A stretch of DNA of 64,000 nucleotides from the human T2T-CHM13v2.0 reference genome, Homo sapiens: the NCBI RefSeq assembly GCF_009914755.1, contig NC_060926.1, one strand, 5' to 3'. This document shows positions 29,791 through 56,594 of the stretch, in pieces. Numbering within the stretch: position 1 is the first letter of the stretch; each line of letters begins with the position of its first letter. The notes beneath the pieces were generated by a model. It did no database searches, was not told where the DNA came from, and saw nothing but the letters and a program-made list of their open reading frames with translations. The translations under genes were made by a program, and so were the position numbers.

Positions 29791-29864
29791 ATCCTTGCAC
29801 AACGGCCATGCTAATATTCTTGGCATCATTCTAATTTTACTGTATGTGCTGCTGAAGCAGATAC
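29791..29864 (-). pseudogene. U6 snRNA retropseudogene, 3'-truncated (about nt 1-75)
   Basis: Reverse complement gtatctgcttcagcagcacatacagtaaaattagaatgatgccaagaatattagcatggccgttgtgcaaggat resembles the U6 5' part; TSD ataactttta at 29451-29460 and 29868-29877. Confidence 0.88.
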
Positions 29865-29954
29865 TACATAACTTTTATAAGCTTTATTAACCAATGCCTT
29901 TTGTTTGCTCTTTTCATTTTTCCTTCTATTCTTTTATTTATGTATTTTTAAATA

Positions 29955-31560
<1,606 letters not shown>

Positions 31561-32031
31561 TAAAAGGTGGCATGTATGTTTGGAACTTTGTTCACAGATG
31601 TCAGGAAAAATTATAAAATGCACCATTACCCATTTGAAATAGCTTTTAACCTGGTTTCATCAACAAGGTGTCTCTAAGAGAAAGAGTAACAGATATAATT
31701 AAAAATTATTTGTTAACTTTGTAAAAGGCTTTATGATATATTTCTCAGGAACTGAGAGAGGGAATAACACTAATAACTTGGAACACATTGTTTTCTTCAT
31801 TGAATGGTTTCTATTTCTTTGAATTTTTTTTTCTTTTCATTTGTTGACTTGCTTTAATCCTCACAACCTACCCAAGGGCTATTGAGAATCCCACTCCATC
31901 ATGTTTCAGCATTGTATAATTGGTATGGTTGTCTCTCTAAGTTCTATCCCCTTCAACAAAGAGGTAGTATCCAAAATTGCCACCTGTCTGGTCCAAGCCG
32001 TGATGACCTCAAGACTTCATTATTATAATAA

Positions 32032-32333
<302 letters not shown>

Positions 32334-33025
32334 AATAAAAGACTTTCAAGCAAAATTATATTAGGATAAGATTCTGGGAGAAAAAAAGAAATATAAAATT
32401 TCCAATTTTTCAAAATTGTTTATGTATTTGTCAGTGGCTGATAAATACAAAAGTCACTGTGGAATTTAGATTACATTGGATAAATACAAATTGGGGAAAC
32501 AATCATATTTTAAAATTATGTATGTATGTATATGTGTTTATGTATTCAAAAATCACATTTTTCAAACTAAACAAATTAAAAAATTGTAATGTCTGTTATA
32601 TGAAATAGCATATAGTTTTAAAAAATTCTACCACAGGGTACACGAGCCAAAAATGTTGGAAGCCATTCCTCTAGATGGCCTGTCTTCAGGAAAGCATAGA
32701 ATCTTGGGAACTCCTCTCCCCTAACATCTGCCTTGAAATATTTACTGATTTTTAAAATTCTTTTTTTTCAAGATTTCCTACCACAATGAGCCACTTGATC
32801 CACCCCATCAACCTTAGGCCCTCTTCCCTTTCTCGTTCAACAGTGGACCCGTCCCTGCCTCCATTTCTCCTACCCTTCCCCAAACTCCCTTCCCATCATC
32901 CTAAAGCCCAAGACCCTCTCAGCCTGGTTGGAGCTCTGAGCTGCCTGTAAACCTGAAAGGATTTATACCTCCATGACTAAAATGAACTTTTACTGCCATC
33001 ATCTAAGTCACTTAATTGAAAAGTA

Positions 33026-33716
33026 CATTTGTCCCTTGGTATCCGGGAGGGACTGGCTCCGGGAACTCCCTCAAATACCAAAATCTGTGGATGCTCAAGT
33101 CCTTTATATAAAATGGCATAGTATTTTGCATATAACCTACACACATCCTCCTGTATATTCTAAATCATCTTTAGATTATTTATAGTACCTAATACAATGT
33201 AAATGCTATGTAAACCATTGTTGTACTGTATTGTTTAGGGAATAATGACAGGAAAAAAGTCTGTGCATGTTCAGTACAGATTTTTTTTCTTTTTCTGAGA
33301 CAAGATCTGGCTCTATCGCCCAGGCTGGAGTTCAGTGGCGCAATCTCGGCTCACTGCAACGTCCACCTCCCAGGCTCAAACCATCCTCCCATCTCAGCCT
33401 CCTGAGTAGTTGGTAGCTGGGACTACAGGTGCACACTACCACAGCCAGCTAATTTTTGTATTTTTTTGTAAAGGTGGGTTTTGTCATGTTACCCAGGCTG
33501 GTCTTGAACTCTCGTGAGCTCAAGCGGTCCTCTCAACTCCGTCTTCCAAAGTGCTGCGATTACATGCGTGAGCCACCACACACGGACAGAGGCAATTTTT
33601 TTCTCCAATTTTTTTTTCTTTTTTCTTTCTCCAGTGTCAGTGTTGATCCAAATATTTCCAATCTGCAGTTGGTTGAATCCACCAATGCAGAACCCACAGA
33701 AACAGAGATCTGACTG
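33026..33716 (+). mobile_element. MER2 (Tigger-family DNA transposon) with nested AluJ (about 33281-33586, -)
   Basis: gtcccttggtatcc...ggatgctcaagtcctttatataaaatggc...gttggttgaatcc...gactg; TA dinucleotide at both ends (33024-33025, 33717-33718). Confidence 0.9.
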
Positions 33717-34254
33717 TATTGGACCTTGAATCATTCAGGTTATATCCAGAACAGTCCATGTAGCCTCCTGTATTTTTGTCTATGAGTGACCTAAGGCTGA
33801 AGGCTGACTTTGACCTCGAGGTGAGTGCCTGAAGACACCAGTTATCACAGCCCTTCAGGCCACTCTTGTTTAATACCTCTCAATGGTGCCAAATACTGTG
33901 GAAAACAGAATGCAATCTCCCAATTTCCCTCCTTGACTGGGCCAACCTTATCTTACTGAACTCAGTTAAGGTCACTTTCCTCCTCTCCTTTCTCACTAAA
34001 CTCAATCACCCCACTGTCCTTAAGCCTCTGGTACAGGTCTAGCTCTCTTGTGCCCCTCTCCTCTGCCTTCACCTTCAAGGTCCTTTAGCCTGAAGTGTTT
34101 TCCAGACTCCTTCAGTGATTGGCTGCCTCTTTCTCTTCGGGTTTGTTGCAATTTGACAGTAACTGTCAAGATGTAAGATAGTTACCTATGAGCCCATATG
34201 AAGAAATATTCATATAGTAGCCCATAACATTAAAAGAATGATTATTGCAACATC

Positions 34255-35015
34255 TTTTATTTTTATTTTTTACACAGAGTCTCGCTGTGTCACCCAGGCT
34301 GGAGTACAGTGGTGCAATCATAGCTCACTGCAGCCTTGAATTCTTGAACTCAAGTGATACTTCCACCTTAGCCTCCCTGGTAGCTGGAACTATAGGCGTG
34401 CCACCACTCCTCACTAATTTTTTTATTTATTTTTATTTTTTATAGAGATGGGTCTAAGTATGTTGCCAAGGCTGATCTTGAACACCTGTACTCAAGAAAT
34501 CCTCCTGCCTTGGCTTTCCAAAGCACTGGGATCACAGACATGAGTTACCACACCCAGCTCAGCATTTTTTTGTTTGTTTGTTTGAGACAGGGTCTTGTTC
34601 TGTTGCACAGGCTGAAGTGCAGTGAAACAATCATGACTTGTTGCAGCCTTGATTTCCCCAGGCTCAAGCAATCCTCCCACCTCAGCCTCCTGTGTAGCTG
34701 GGACTACAGGCATGTGCCACCACGCCGAGCTAATTTTTAACTTTTTTTATAGACTTGGGGGGGTCTCACCATGCTGCTCAGGCTGATCTTGAACTCCTGG
34801 GCTCAAGCGATTCTCCTGCCCTGGCCTCCCAAAGTGCTGGGATTACAGGTGAAAGCCACCACACCGGCCTTTTTTTTTTTTTCTTTTTTAATAGATAAGG
34901 GATTTCGCTGTGGTGCCCAGGCTTGTCTCGAATTCCTAGGCTCAAGCAGTCCTCCTACCTCTACCTCCCAAAGCGCTGAGATTATAGGCATGAGCCACCA
35001 GGCCCAGCCTGGCCG
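34255..35015 (-). mobile_element. Tandem AluJ, AluJ and FLAM within an old L1M 3' end
   Basis: Three consecutive reverse-complement Alu units. Confidence 0.9.
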
Positions 35016-35560
35016 TTTTTTAAGAGAAAAAAATTGTTAAGAATTTAAACACCCTTTAAGAAAGGAATGGTAAAATGGTTGTACATATGCAGCCATTAAA
35101 AAGAGTGAAGTAGATCAATAAGTCCTGGCATGGGTAGAGGTCCGTGGTACTGAATATTGCATGTAAAAGAAGAAAATCACAGCACATATAGAGTGTGTAG
35201 TCCCATTCATGTAAATACCACAAAGCTACCAGCCTGTGTGGATATAGAAAAAGTTCCAGAAAGCCTCACACCAAGCAGGAGTGGAAGAATAGGAGAAAGG
35301 GCATTTTTCTTTTCCTCTACTTATTTCTATTTTGTGTGAGCACTTTACAGTAACTGTGTGTTTATGTACTAATATAAATTTGAGGTGAATTTGAAGGCAA
35401 GGAGCTATCTGCAAATTGGTGTCATGCTAGGGAAATATAACCTTCCAAAGAGATACCAAAAGTTTAAAGCAACCTCCCTGGCACCTGCCTTGAGCTGAGC
35501 AGGTAAGATGTGACCCATTGCCTTGGTGCTAGAATTGTCAGCTTGATGCCTATTGTCCAT

Positions 35561-36497
<937 letters not shown>

Positions 36498-36564
36498 GTT
36501 AGAAATGGTTCATTTCTTCTTGCTGGGGTTCCCAGCCAAGGCAAAGCTTGTTTTTCTTCCCTGG

Positions 36565-36905
36565 GGCAAGAGAGGGAAATGGGGAGAGTGGCAGGGGCCA
36601 GGAGATGAGACAATAGAAATGGAAGAATAAATGAATCAGGAGAATAAAGAAGAGAGGAGAAGAACAAAGGGGAGAAGATGGAAGAAGAGAGAAGGGAATG
36701 GGATGGGACAGGCAAGAGCAGAGAAGAGGAGAAGAAGGTGGAGAGGAAATGTGAAGGGAAAGGAAGGAAAAGGAAAGGAGGAAATATGAGGGGAGAGGAG
36801 GAGAGGAGAGGAATTCTTATCACTCAAATTTTAGGTCAAAGAGGGGCAGTTGAGAAAGGATGGAAAGAAAGAAGGGAAGACAAAAAGGAAGAGAGAAAAA
36901 GAATG
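36565..36905 (+). repeat. GA-rich low-complexity tract
   Basis: Near-continuous purine runs; the source of the E/R/K-rich spurious ORFs. Confidence 0.9.
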
Positions 36906-37049
36906 AAAACTCAACCTGATGGTGACTACTATTTTAATTTCTAAGCCAAGTAGGAGGAGAAGATAAATATACACCATAGGTTGTTTTTGAACAGCTGATA
37001 TTTGGGAATGCTTTGCTTTCCGACCTCTGCCAGTCTAAATAAACCAAGG

Positions 37050-37856
37050 TGTCTATTGCTGCATAACAAATTAGCCCAAAACTTAGTAGCTTAAAGCAAC
37101 AAACATGTATTATCTCACACAGTTTGTAAGAATCAGGAATCCAAGGGTTTCTTAGCTGGGTAATTCTGGCTCAGAGTTTCTCATGAGGTTGAAGTCAAGA
37201 TACAGCCAGGGCTGCAGTCATCTGAAGGCTTGACTGGGGCTAGAGAATCAGATGCTTCATCTACACTGACTACAGGCCTCAGCTCCTTGCCAGCTGGGCC
37301 TGTCTGTAGGACTGCTTGAGTATCCTCATGACATGGCAGCAAGCTTCCCCCAGAAGGAGTGATCCAAGAGAGCAAGGTAGAAGTCACAGTGTCTTTTATG
37401 ACTTACCTTGGAAGTCACAGACCATCACTTCTACCCTATTCAGTTGACCATACCCACCTTTTATACAGTGTGGAAGGGAACTACAGAACAACATGAATAT
37501 CAGAATCTGGGGATCATTCAAGGCCATCTTGGAGACTGGTAATCACACAAGGCAGAAGAAAAAATTCTTTTTTTTGAGACAGAGTCTTACTGCTCACTGT
37601 CACCTAGGCTGGAGTACAGTGGCACAATCATGGCTGACAGCAGCCGCAACCTGCTGGGCTCAAGTGATCTCCCCACCTCAGCCTCCCAGATAATTTGGAC
37701 TATAGATGCTCACCACCATGCCTAGCTAATTTTATTTTATTTTAGTAGAAACAAAATCTCGCTATGTTGCCCAGGCTGGTCTCGAACTCCTGGGCTCAAG
37801 CAACCCTCCCACCTCAGCCTCCCAAAGTGCTGGGATTACAAACACCTCACCTGGTC
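37050..37856 (-). mobile_element. MLT1-family LTR (about 37050-37545) and AluJ (about 37565-37856)
   Basis: ctattgctgcataacaaattagcccaaaacttagtagcttaaagcaac MLT1 end; Alu consensus. Confidence 0.85.
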
Positions 37857-37959
37857 TAACAGATAAATTTCTGATGAGTGGTCTCTTCTCTAGATGTTTA
37901 CAGTGACTCAAGAATTAGTCTTGTCAAATCTCTCTGGGATGCTTATCACTCAGCTCAGC

Positions 37960-38530
37960 AGTTTCTCTTCTAGCTGTATTCTCTGGAGATATGTGTACTA
38001 ATGGACAAGAATATCCCTAAAAGCATTGTTCTTGGACAAAAGATATTTGATAGCCCAAACACTATTCAGCAATTAACCACATAAATTGTGCTATATTTAT
38101 ATGACATAATACTCCAACTATAAACCCACTATCATGATTAACCAACTATGACCATATGCAACAACCTAGATGAATCTCACAATGTTGAACAAAAGAAGCC
38201 AGACCAATATATACTGTATTAGTTCCCAGTTAGATAAAGCTTAAAACACTCAAATCTAAACTAAACTGTTCAGGGCTGCCTACTTAGGTGATAAAACTAT
38301 AAATAAAACAATGAACTTATCAGCATAAAACTCAGGGGAGTGACTTCTTTTTTGGGGTGATGGAAGGCGTTACAATCAGGAAGGGGCAGGATGAAGCTTC
38401 TGACAAAGTTTTATTTCTTTGTCTGAGTGCTGATTACAAGTGTTTCCTTTTAAATAATACCTTAAGCCATAGATTTACGTGCTGGGCACTTTTATTTATA
38501 TGTATCATTTCACAATAAAAGGGCTTTTAA
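37960..38530 (+). mobile_element. L1ME-like 3' end
   Basis: gatgaatctcacaatgttgaacaaaagaagccagac...tttcacaataaaa. Confidence 0.75.
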
Positions 38531-39276
38531 AAAAAATCTTAATGCTCCAAGATCCTGTCTTAGAAAACAATCAACAATGATGATAATAATAATCAGCCTA
38601 TAATGTGCACGTAGGCCCCATCCCTCTGCAGTATGGGTGATGGGGATTTGCAGCGAGTAGGGAGAAGCTTGTACCCTCAAATCAGTGACACGCAGTGAAC
38701 CCTGACCCCTGGTGCCCATGGCTGCAGAGCCTCACGTTTGGACTCTGGGAACTGAATCCCTATTGTGGTGACCTCTGAGCTACTCCTTCCAGAAACCTTG
38801 GTCCTGGAGGAATTTCAGTCTTGTTCTGCCATCATGGGTCTCTCCCATCACCCATCCTTCTTTGCCTGCTCCCTCCCACCCCTTCCAATCCTAGCTTTTC
38901 TGAATTTCTTTTGTTAAGCTGACAGAAGCCATAATTGAGCCTCCTGACAAGAGCTGGACTGTGCTTTTCTCTCTCTTTTCCTTTTTTGCAATCTACAATG
39001 AGCCTTCCAAGTTCATTACCGCAGATGGTCCTGGTCAGGACCCAGGGCCCGATGGCAGAAGCTTATTATCCAGCCTCGGGGACAGTGAGAACTGGCTGGC
39101 AGCCGCAGTCATTTTGAAGCAGTCATGTTCAATTAGAAGAAACATTAGGCACTTTCCTTCTGGAGCCCCATTAACAAATTAGTCGTACCACAAACTGAGA
39201 GAGACTGGATGGGACCAAATACCTTTTGACCACTGGATAATTTGATAATTTGGAGAAGAAACAGTACAGAACACTG

Positions 39277-39277
<1 letters not shown>

Positions 39278-39314
<37 letters not shown>
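39278..39314. repeat. (TG)18 microsatellite
   Basis: Perfect dinucleotide run. Confidence 0.98.
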
Positions 39315-39315
<1 letters not shown>

Positions 39316-40064
39316 GGAGGTATGAGATAGCAGGTGGTTTGGGAGGAGGATTTGACCCCATATGCCTGTGCCACCCAGGAATGAAATCTTTCTAATACTA
39401 AGCTATGCCTGTTACTGGGTTAAAATGGTCAGGGATTTGGCAAGAATGGCTGTCTTTTTTTGTGGTCAGTATTTCATCCATGCTGGACTTGCTGGATTGT
39501 AGAAGCTGGCACTGTGTCCTTATGAATTTTTGTTAAGTTTTAGTTCCAGGAAGTTTGTGGGAAGAGTGTTGGGAAATCCAATGCCCCATGTACCTGCTGT
39601 GATAAAATAATCTTAATTTACTGTTTTAAAATTATGTTGGGTTTTTAAAATATTGGTTGTAAATGGCTTGCTCAGGAAAAGTACTAATTAGACCTCTGAG
39701 ATTTTTTAAATTCCAAAGTCTGAACCACAAATAAGTTTTTGTTGCTAAGGAAACCACTGCATTCAAATTACCATTGCAAATTTAAATTGCCATTTTAGGT
39801 TCATTTGCAATAGAGCAAAAGATTGGAGCAACTCCTCTAAAAGGGAGAGAGAGAAAGGAAGATGAAGTAAAGAGGAAAGGATGTTACTGGTGAGAACACA
39901 ATTCCTATTTTTGGTCGACAGCTGAAGAACTAAGAAAATCTAGAAGCAGAGGACTGCAGAGAAGGCATGACAGGTTATCAATCTTGAAGTCTCCCATTAG
40001 AAAGATTCTTAGAGATTTTCTGCCAACTCCTATTCAGTGCAGGAGTGTTCTTTTTATTTACTAT

Positions 40065-45330
<5,266 letters not shown>

Positions 45331-45496
45331 AAAGAAAGAGAGAGAGAGGGAGGGAGGGAGGGAGGGAGGGAAAGAAAAGGAAAGAAAAGAAACAGAAAAG
45401 ACTTTTCCTTTCTGGCTTAAACTAGGTTTTATTCATCTCAATTTCCCCTTCTCTCTCTCTCTCATTACCCCAAATCTTTATTTATTTATTTATTTT

Positions 45497-45597
45497 AATG
45501 GAACACTCCAGGAATTTGCATGTCATCCTGGCGTAGAGGCCATGCTAATTTTCTCTGTATTGTTCTAATTTTCAGTATATGTGCTGTGGAAGCAAGC
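45497..45597 (-). pseudogene. U6 snRNA retropseudogene, near full length
   Basis: atggaacactccaggaatttgcatgtcatcctggcgtagaggccatgctaattttctctgtattgttctaattttcagtatatgtgctgtggaagcaagc matches the reverse complement of U6; (TTTA)n tail; TSD aaatctt at 45472-45478 and 45600-45606. Confidence 0.95.
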
Positions 45598-45801
45598 CTA
45601 AATCTTCACTGGTTTTTTAAAAATTATTGTAAAAGTATACATTCTTATTGTAGAAACAAAACCAAACCAAAGAAATATAAACATTTATGACTTAGATTTG
45701 GAGTGGTAAATGCCTCTGATTTCATAGGGAGTCATTTACAATGGAAACAAATTACATGATATTGCTGTAAAAAGTGTTGTTGTTGTTGAAAAAGTGACAC
45801 C

Positions 45802-46127
<326 letters not shown>

Positions 46128-46254
46128 CTAGTCTCCATCATCACTGGACCCCTGAAGCCATGTGAGTTTACAACCCCTTCTGTACGCTCAGTCCTCATCC
46201 TTGGACTGGTTACTCCCCTCATTGGGGTGGAGGAAAATTCCAGCTGGCATTTAC

Positions 46255-46480
46255 AGGTCCCTGCTATGAACTAAGTGCCTTTCCATGTAGTATGTCATCA
46301 GATCCCAGGGACTAGCCTTAGAGGAAAGGCACTGCTCTCCTTATTTTTCAGATAAGGGCATGGGGAGTTGAAGCTCAAGGTCATGTAGTCTGTGCAAGGT
46401 CAACACTAATGAATACAGGACTCTAGTCAAATGTAGAAAATTGATTCTGAACCCTGTGCATTTAACTCTAGACTGTACCG
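46255..46480 (-). mobile_element. MIR
   Basis: tatttttcagataagg...tgaagctcaagg...caaggtca MIR core (degenerate). Confidence 0.65.
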
Positions 46481-48734
46481 CCTCCCTAAAGAGGCCCAAA
46501 CCATGCCTTGTAGCGACCTTGAAGGATAAAGGCAGGTCCAGCAGAGGGTCTAACATCCAGGGAAACCTCCCTGGAGAGCTTGGGCTTCACTAGGGATCCT
46601 TGGCTCCAGGTGGAATAAGTCCTGAATGGGTGCCTTTCGGGTTGGGTGACAAACCAAGGGAAAGATATTCTGGGGGGAGGGGATGGGACAATAGGAAAGC
46701 AAAGTCTCTTTAGCACCCTCCATGTTGATGATTTCTATTTTTAGAATTGTCAAGTTTCCTTTCCTTCCTTCCTCCCTCCCTTCTTTCCTTTCTTTTTTCT
46801 CAATCTCTCCTTTTTCATCCAACTGAAACCTGTGGGAAATGCTGGTATCTTCCTGAGCTGAAACCTTTTAAAAAATTTTTAATCTGATTTCAGAGAGGCA
46901 TGTGTTGATCCCTCCATTGTCTATGATGGAACAAAATCTCAGACCCGTAATTATCTCTTCTCCTGGCAGGCCTTAAGATGAAACAGACAGGAAGACCTGA
47001 GCGGATTCTTCTCAGATGCCACCTCTTAGCACTGGGCTTTGCGAGCCTGTTATTTGGGGCGCTGCAGAAGGCAAGGACCTATCCCGCCAAGGATCAATGG
47101 GAAAATAAGCAGTTGCTTGTGAATAGACTGCGGTCTCCTGCAGTTGTCAGGCCTCCTTGGTAATGGCTATTTATCCCCACTTAATTGCTACCTGGGTTCC
47201 CCTCATTCTGTGCTGGCTGGCACTTCCCACCACTGCCACCCTGGGCAAACTCAGGGCAGCCTGCAGAGGTGCAGCATGCCTGCCCGCCAGCCCCTTCACA
47301 GAAGCTGAAGATGCTGGTGACCTCAGCAAGTGTGCATTGGTGACACCACCCTTTACTGTCTCTCTCCTGCGTGGTGTTACCCTGATCATCGATGCCTCGT
47401 GACAGCTGCACTGGCTGAGCCTTGAGATCTGCTTGCCAGCCATGCTGTGTCCGGGTGGTTCGTGGGTAGACTTGAGTGATAGTACTTCTATCTGACAACA
47501 AACAGTCTGAAGCTGAAAGAAAAAAAAAGAAAAGAAAAGAAAAGTGTGTTCCTGGAAAGCGGAAGAGCCCAGAGAACTTCAGAGAAAGGGCCTCTAAGCC
47601 CATCTATGTCTGGATGTCTTGTTATGTGATATGATAAATGGATACCCTTAAAATAAGAGAGAAAAACACATTAGCACCTAAGTAAAAATCCCACACAAAA
47701 TCGGATAAACCAAACCACACAGTATAGCATGAGTAAATTTGACAAATATAAACTAGCTTGAACTTGGAAAATCAAATCCTGTAATTTATAAGCATCAAGA
47801 AGAGACAACTCACAGAATAGGAGAAAATATTTGTACATTATCTACTAGACAGTGGCCTCGTGTCCAAAATATATAAAGAACAATGACAGTTTAACAGTAG
47901 AAAAACAATGCTAGCCTGACAAAGGCAAGGCAAAAAAAAAAAAAAAAGATAATCCGATTTAAAAAGATTTGAACAGGCATTTCTACAAAGAAAATATACA
48001 AATGGGGCAGGGCATAGTGGCTCACACCTGTAATCCCAGTACTTTGGGAGGCTGAGGAGAGACGAACCCTTGAGACCAGGAATTTGAGACCAGCCTGAGC
48101 AACATAGTGAGACCTCATCTTTACTAAAAGAAAAAAATTAGCTGGGCATGGTGGCTGGTGCCAGTAGTTCCCGCTACTTGGGAGGCTGAGGTGGGATGAT
48201 GGCTTGAGTTCAGAAATTCGAGGCTGCAGTGGGCTGTGACTGAGCCACTGTACTCCAGCTTGGGCAACAGAACAAGTCCCTGTCTCAAAAAATAAATTAA
48301 ATAAATAAAGAATGCAAATGTCCAATAAGCACATCAAACAATGTTCAACACAATCATTGGGAAAATGTAAATCAAAATTACAATGGACTACCATTTCACA
48401 TCCACCAGGATGGCTATAAGCAGACATATAGACAATAGTAAGCGTAGGCAAGGAAAAATCATACATTCTCATACATTGCTGCTGAGAATGTAAAATGGTG
48501 CAGCCACTTACATGCTGGAAAAAGTATGGCAGTGCCTCAAAAGTCAAACATGGAATTACTATTCAACCCTATGCATAGAGCAGCACTTCCACTCTTAGTT
48601 CATGAGAACTGAAAACGTTATGTCCACGCAAAAGCTTGAACACGAATATTCATAGCAGCATTATTTACAGTAGCCAGCAAGTAGAAACAACCCAAATGTC
48701 TATCATCAGATGAATGGATAAATAAAATGTAGTA

Positions 48735-49718
<984 letters not shown>

Positions 49719-49805
49719 TCATACAACGGAATATTACAGAGTAATGAAAACAAATTTGGTATGATACATACTACAATGTGGATAAGCCTTAAAAACATTA
49801 TGCTA

Positions 49806-50087
<282 letters not shown>

Positions 50088-50560
50088 CTAAGCGAAAGAA
50101 GCCAGTTGCAAAAGGCCAACAGTGTATGACTCCATTTACATTCATGTGAAATGTCCAGAATAGGCAAATCCATGGAGTCAGAAAGTACATTAGTGATTGC
50201 CAGGGGCTGGGGGAGGAAGAAATGGGGAGTGACTGCTAATGTGTATGAGGTGTTTTTTTTTTTGTTTTTTATTTTCTTTGAGACGGAGTTTCGCTCTGTC
50301 ACCCAGGCTGGAGTGCAGTGGCACGATCTCAGCTCACTGCAACCTCCGCCTCCCGGGTTCAAGAGTATGAGGTTTTTTGGGGAGTTGATGAAAGGTTCTC
50401 AAATTAGACAGTGGTGATGATTGCACAACTTTATGAATACACTAAAAGCCACCAAGTAGTACACTTCTAAAGCATGACTTTTATGGTATGCAAATTATAT
50501 ACCAATTTTTTTAAGTCTAAAGCACAGTTCTCACTCTCAAATAGCTGACAGTCTTCAGTG

Positions 50561-50933
50561 TTCAAACATTGCTGTTCAACATCATCTAATTATCAATAAC
50601 TTATGTTTTTATTTTCTGAGGTGACCACAAATCACATTATTCTTGATGAATTGATTCATGACCTTCTAAAAGACAAAAACGGGAAGAAGTTCAGAGAATA
50701 AATAGCATCAATTATTCAAATTTTAATTAATAAGAATATAAAACATTTTTCCTAAGCAACAAGGAAAATAATAGTCATGTCAGTAGACCTGGAGACACCT
50801 CCGTTCGATGACGTGAGGAGTGACTTTAAGACTCAAACATGACACAAAGACTCTCATGTTTTTATTTGTTCACTTACGCATCTCTCAAACCACTACTGAT
50901 TGTTAGTATGTGCTGGGCCCTGGGGAGAGACTG
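50561..50933 (+). repeat. Dispersed direct repeat, probable donor copy
   Basis: Same sequence as 48861-49237, from ttcaaacattgctg to ggggagagactg. Confidence 0.97.
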
Positions 50934-51236
50934 GGAGTTTCCTCAAGGACCTCAGTGTCTAACGTAAGGGCTAAACCTGTGACCAAATTCTTGTAGTGCT
51001 GATGATAATGGGCTAGAAGGGCCATCACAGCAATGTTCCAGGCCCAGCAGGACCTGACCGACAGTGCAATTGTTTTTATGCACAGATATTCTCAAAGGGC
51101 CCAGAATCAGCCCAGCATTTGACTGCATTTCCTCTCTTACCAGCAGCATTTTCTCCAAGTATATGTTATGACCCCAAATCGTCAACTGACAGCACAATCA
51201 TGACCTCTACAATGTATTAAAAATGTGAAGTAAGTA

Positions 51237-52745
<1,509 letters not shown>

Positions 52746-53114
52746 TATTTTTTTAAAAACCTGGCAGTGCTGGACTTCTGTACTGGCATATAACTCCAAG
52801 CTAGCGTAGAATAGTAGCTGTTTCCACTGACCAGATGCACGAATGGGCCAAGACTTCCATAACCTGCCTAGGATCGATGAGCTGGGTGATGGGTTCAAGG
52901 GACTGCATTATGCTGTCATCTCTTCTTTGCATATATTTTTAGATGTCTATAATAACAGGTATAACAGGTTTAAAGCAAATGAAAAATTCAGGGTATGCAT
53001 TCTTCAATTGGCCACAGTCTCCACCCTGTGCTACTGTAATTGAGGCAGAGTGTTAGTTACCATTCACTGGAATTGAGCTACTCTTTTTCTTAGTAGTATT
53101 GAAAGTCTACTGAT

Positions 53115-53412
<298 letters not shown>

Positions 53413-53514
53413 CTACTGACATGTTTTCACACCTCTCCTATTTGCCTCATTTTCTTTTCCTGTGCGTGGCTCCTGTACACTCCTTCAAGTACACTGTCTC
53501 TAAAAGAAGTCTTA

Positions 53515-53725
53515 AGCAGAGGGCACAGCCTGGTGGCCAATGGCCAAACTCTGCCCACAGATGTGTTTTGCTTGGCCCAAAGAATGTTTTCCTTAATAAG
53601 AATGTCACAGGTGGGCATCACTTGCTAGTTTTCCTAGTCCTTGCCTCCCACTACCTTATGTTCCTCTGGCCCAATACACATTTATGTTCCTTACCTTGTC
53701 CCTGTAGGCATCTGAATTTTAGAAT
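53515..53725. mobile_element. hAT-Charlie type MER relic
   Basis: ggccaaactctgcccacagatgtgttttgcttggccc subterminal motif. Confidence 0.55.
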
Positions 53726-54434
53726 CTAAGACAAGAAAGACAGTGATTGTATTCAGGATTTCTACTGGTATATGGATGGACCCTGCTAATCTTCAAGAGT
53801 CGTAGAAGTCCTATCTGCCATTAATCCTTTCCATTTAGGGATTGTTGTAAGTATCTTCTATTTGGGGAGTTTAAAACAGCTCTTTATCTTTCTTAATTTT
53901 TGACTAAATGAGCAGCTATGTTCTGCCCAATATTGGTCATCATCATCACCTCCATCTCTGACTATGTCTCATTATTATTAAATGTTCAACAGAAGCAGGT
54001 GAAAGTAACTAACTCAATGTGACCAAATATAGTTTATACTCAAGAAAATGCAGACAGTCTATGATCACTTCAAAAACTTACAAGCTTCCTAGTAGGGGGG
54101 AAAAATGCAACACCAAATAGGTTTAAGATATTATTATATCTCTACTGAGTTGATTTCAAAAATTAAAAGGGTAACATTCTGTGATTATGAGAAACAGGTT
54201 CACTTGCACATCACTTGGTAGCTGCAAATTGGTTGGATCAGGTAAGTAACTTGCAAATATTATAATAGGTGTGGTTAGGTAATTTCATTGGAAGATAAAC
54301 CCTCCTCAAAAAATAACCAAAAATGAAGTGGACAAAGATATTTCTACTAGTGCCATTTATAAGATAAAAAAAAATGTAAGCAAACCCCAATGCCAAAAAT
54401 AAGTGATAGACTAAGAAAACTTTCATTTATTATC

Positions 54435-54703
54435 ATTATTATTAAAGATGAGGTCTTGCTGTGTCTCCCAGGCTGGAGTGCAGTCGAGCCATCATAGCTC
54501 ACTGCAGCCTTGAACTCCAGGGCTCAAGTGATCCTCTCACTTCAGCCTCCTGAGTAGTTAGGACTACAGATGCACACCATCATGCCTGGCTAATTTTTTA
54601 TTTTTTGTAGAGATAGAGTTTCACCATGTTTCCCAGGCTGGTCTTGAACTCCTGGCCTCAAGCCGTCTTCCTACCTCAGCCTCCCAAAGTGTTGGGATCA
54701 CAG
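54435..54703 (-). mobile_element. AluJ with its 5' end missing, abutting the MST LTR
   Basis: Alu consensus ends at gggatcacag. Confidence 0.9.
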
Positions 54704-54704
54704 A

Positions 54705-56594
<1,890 letters not shown>

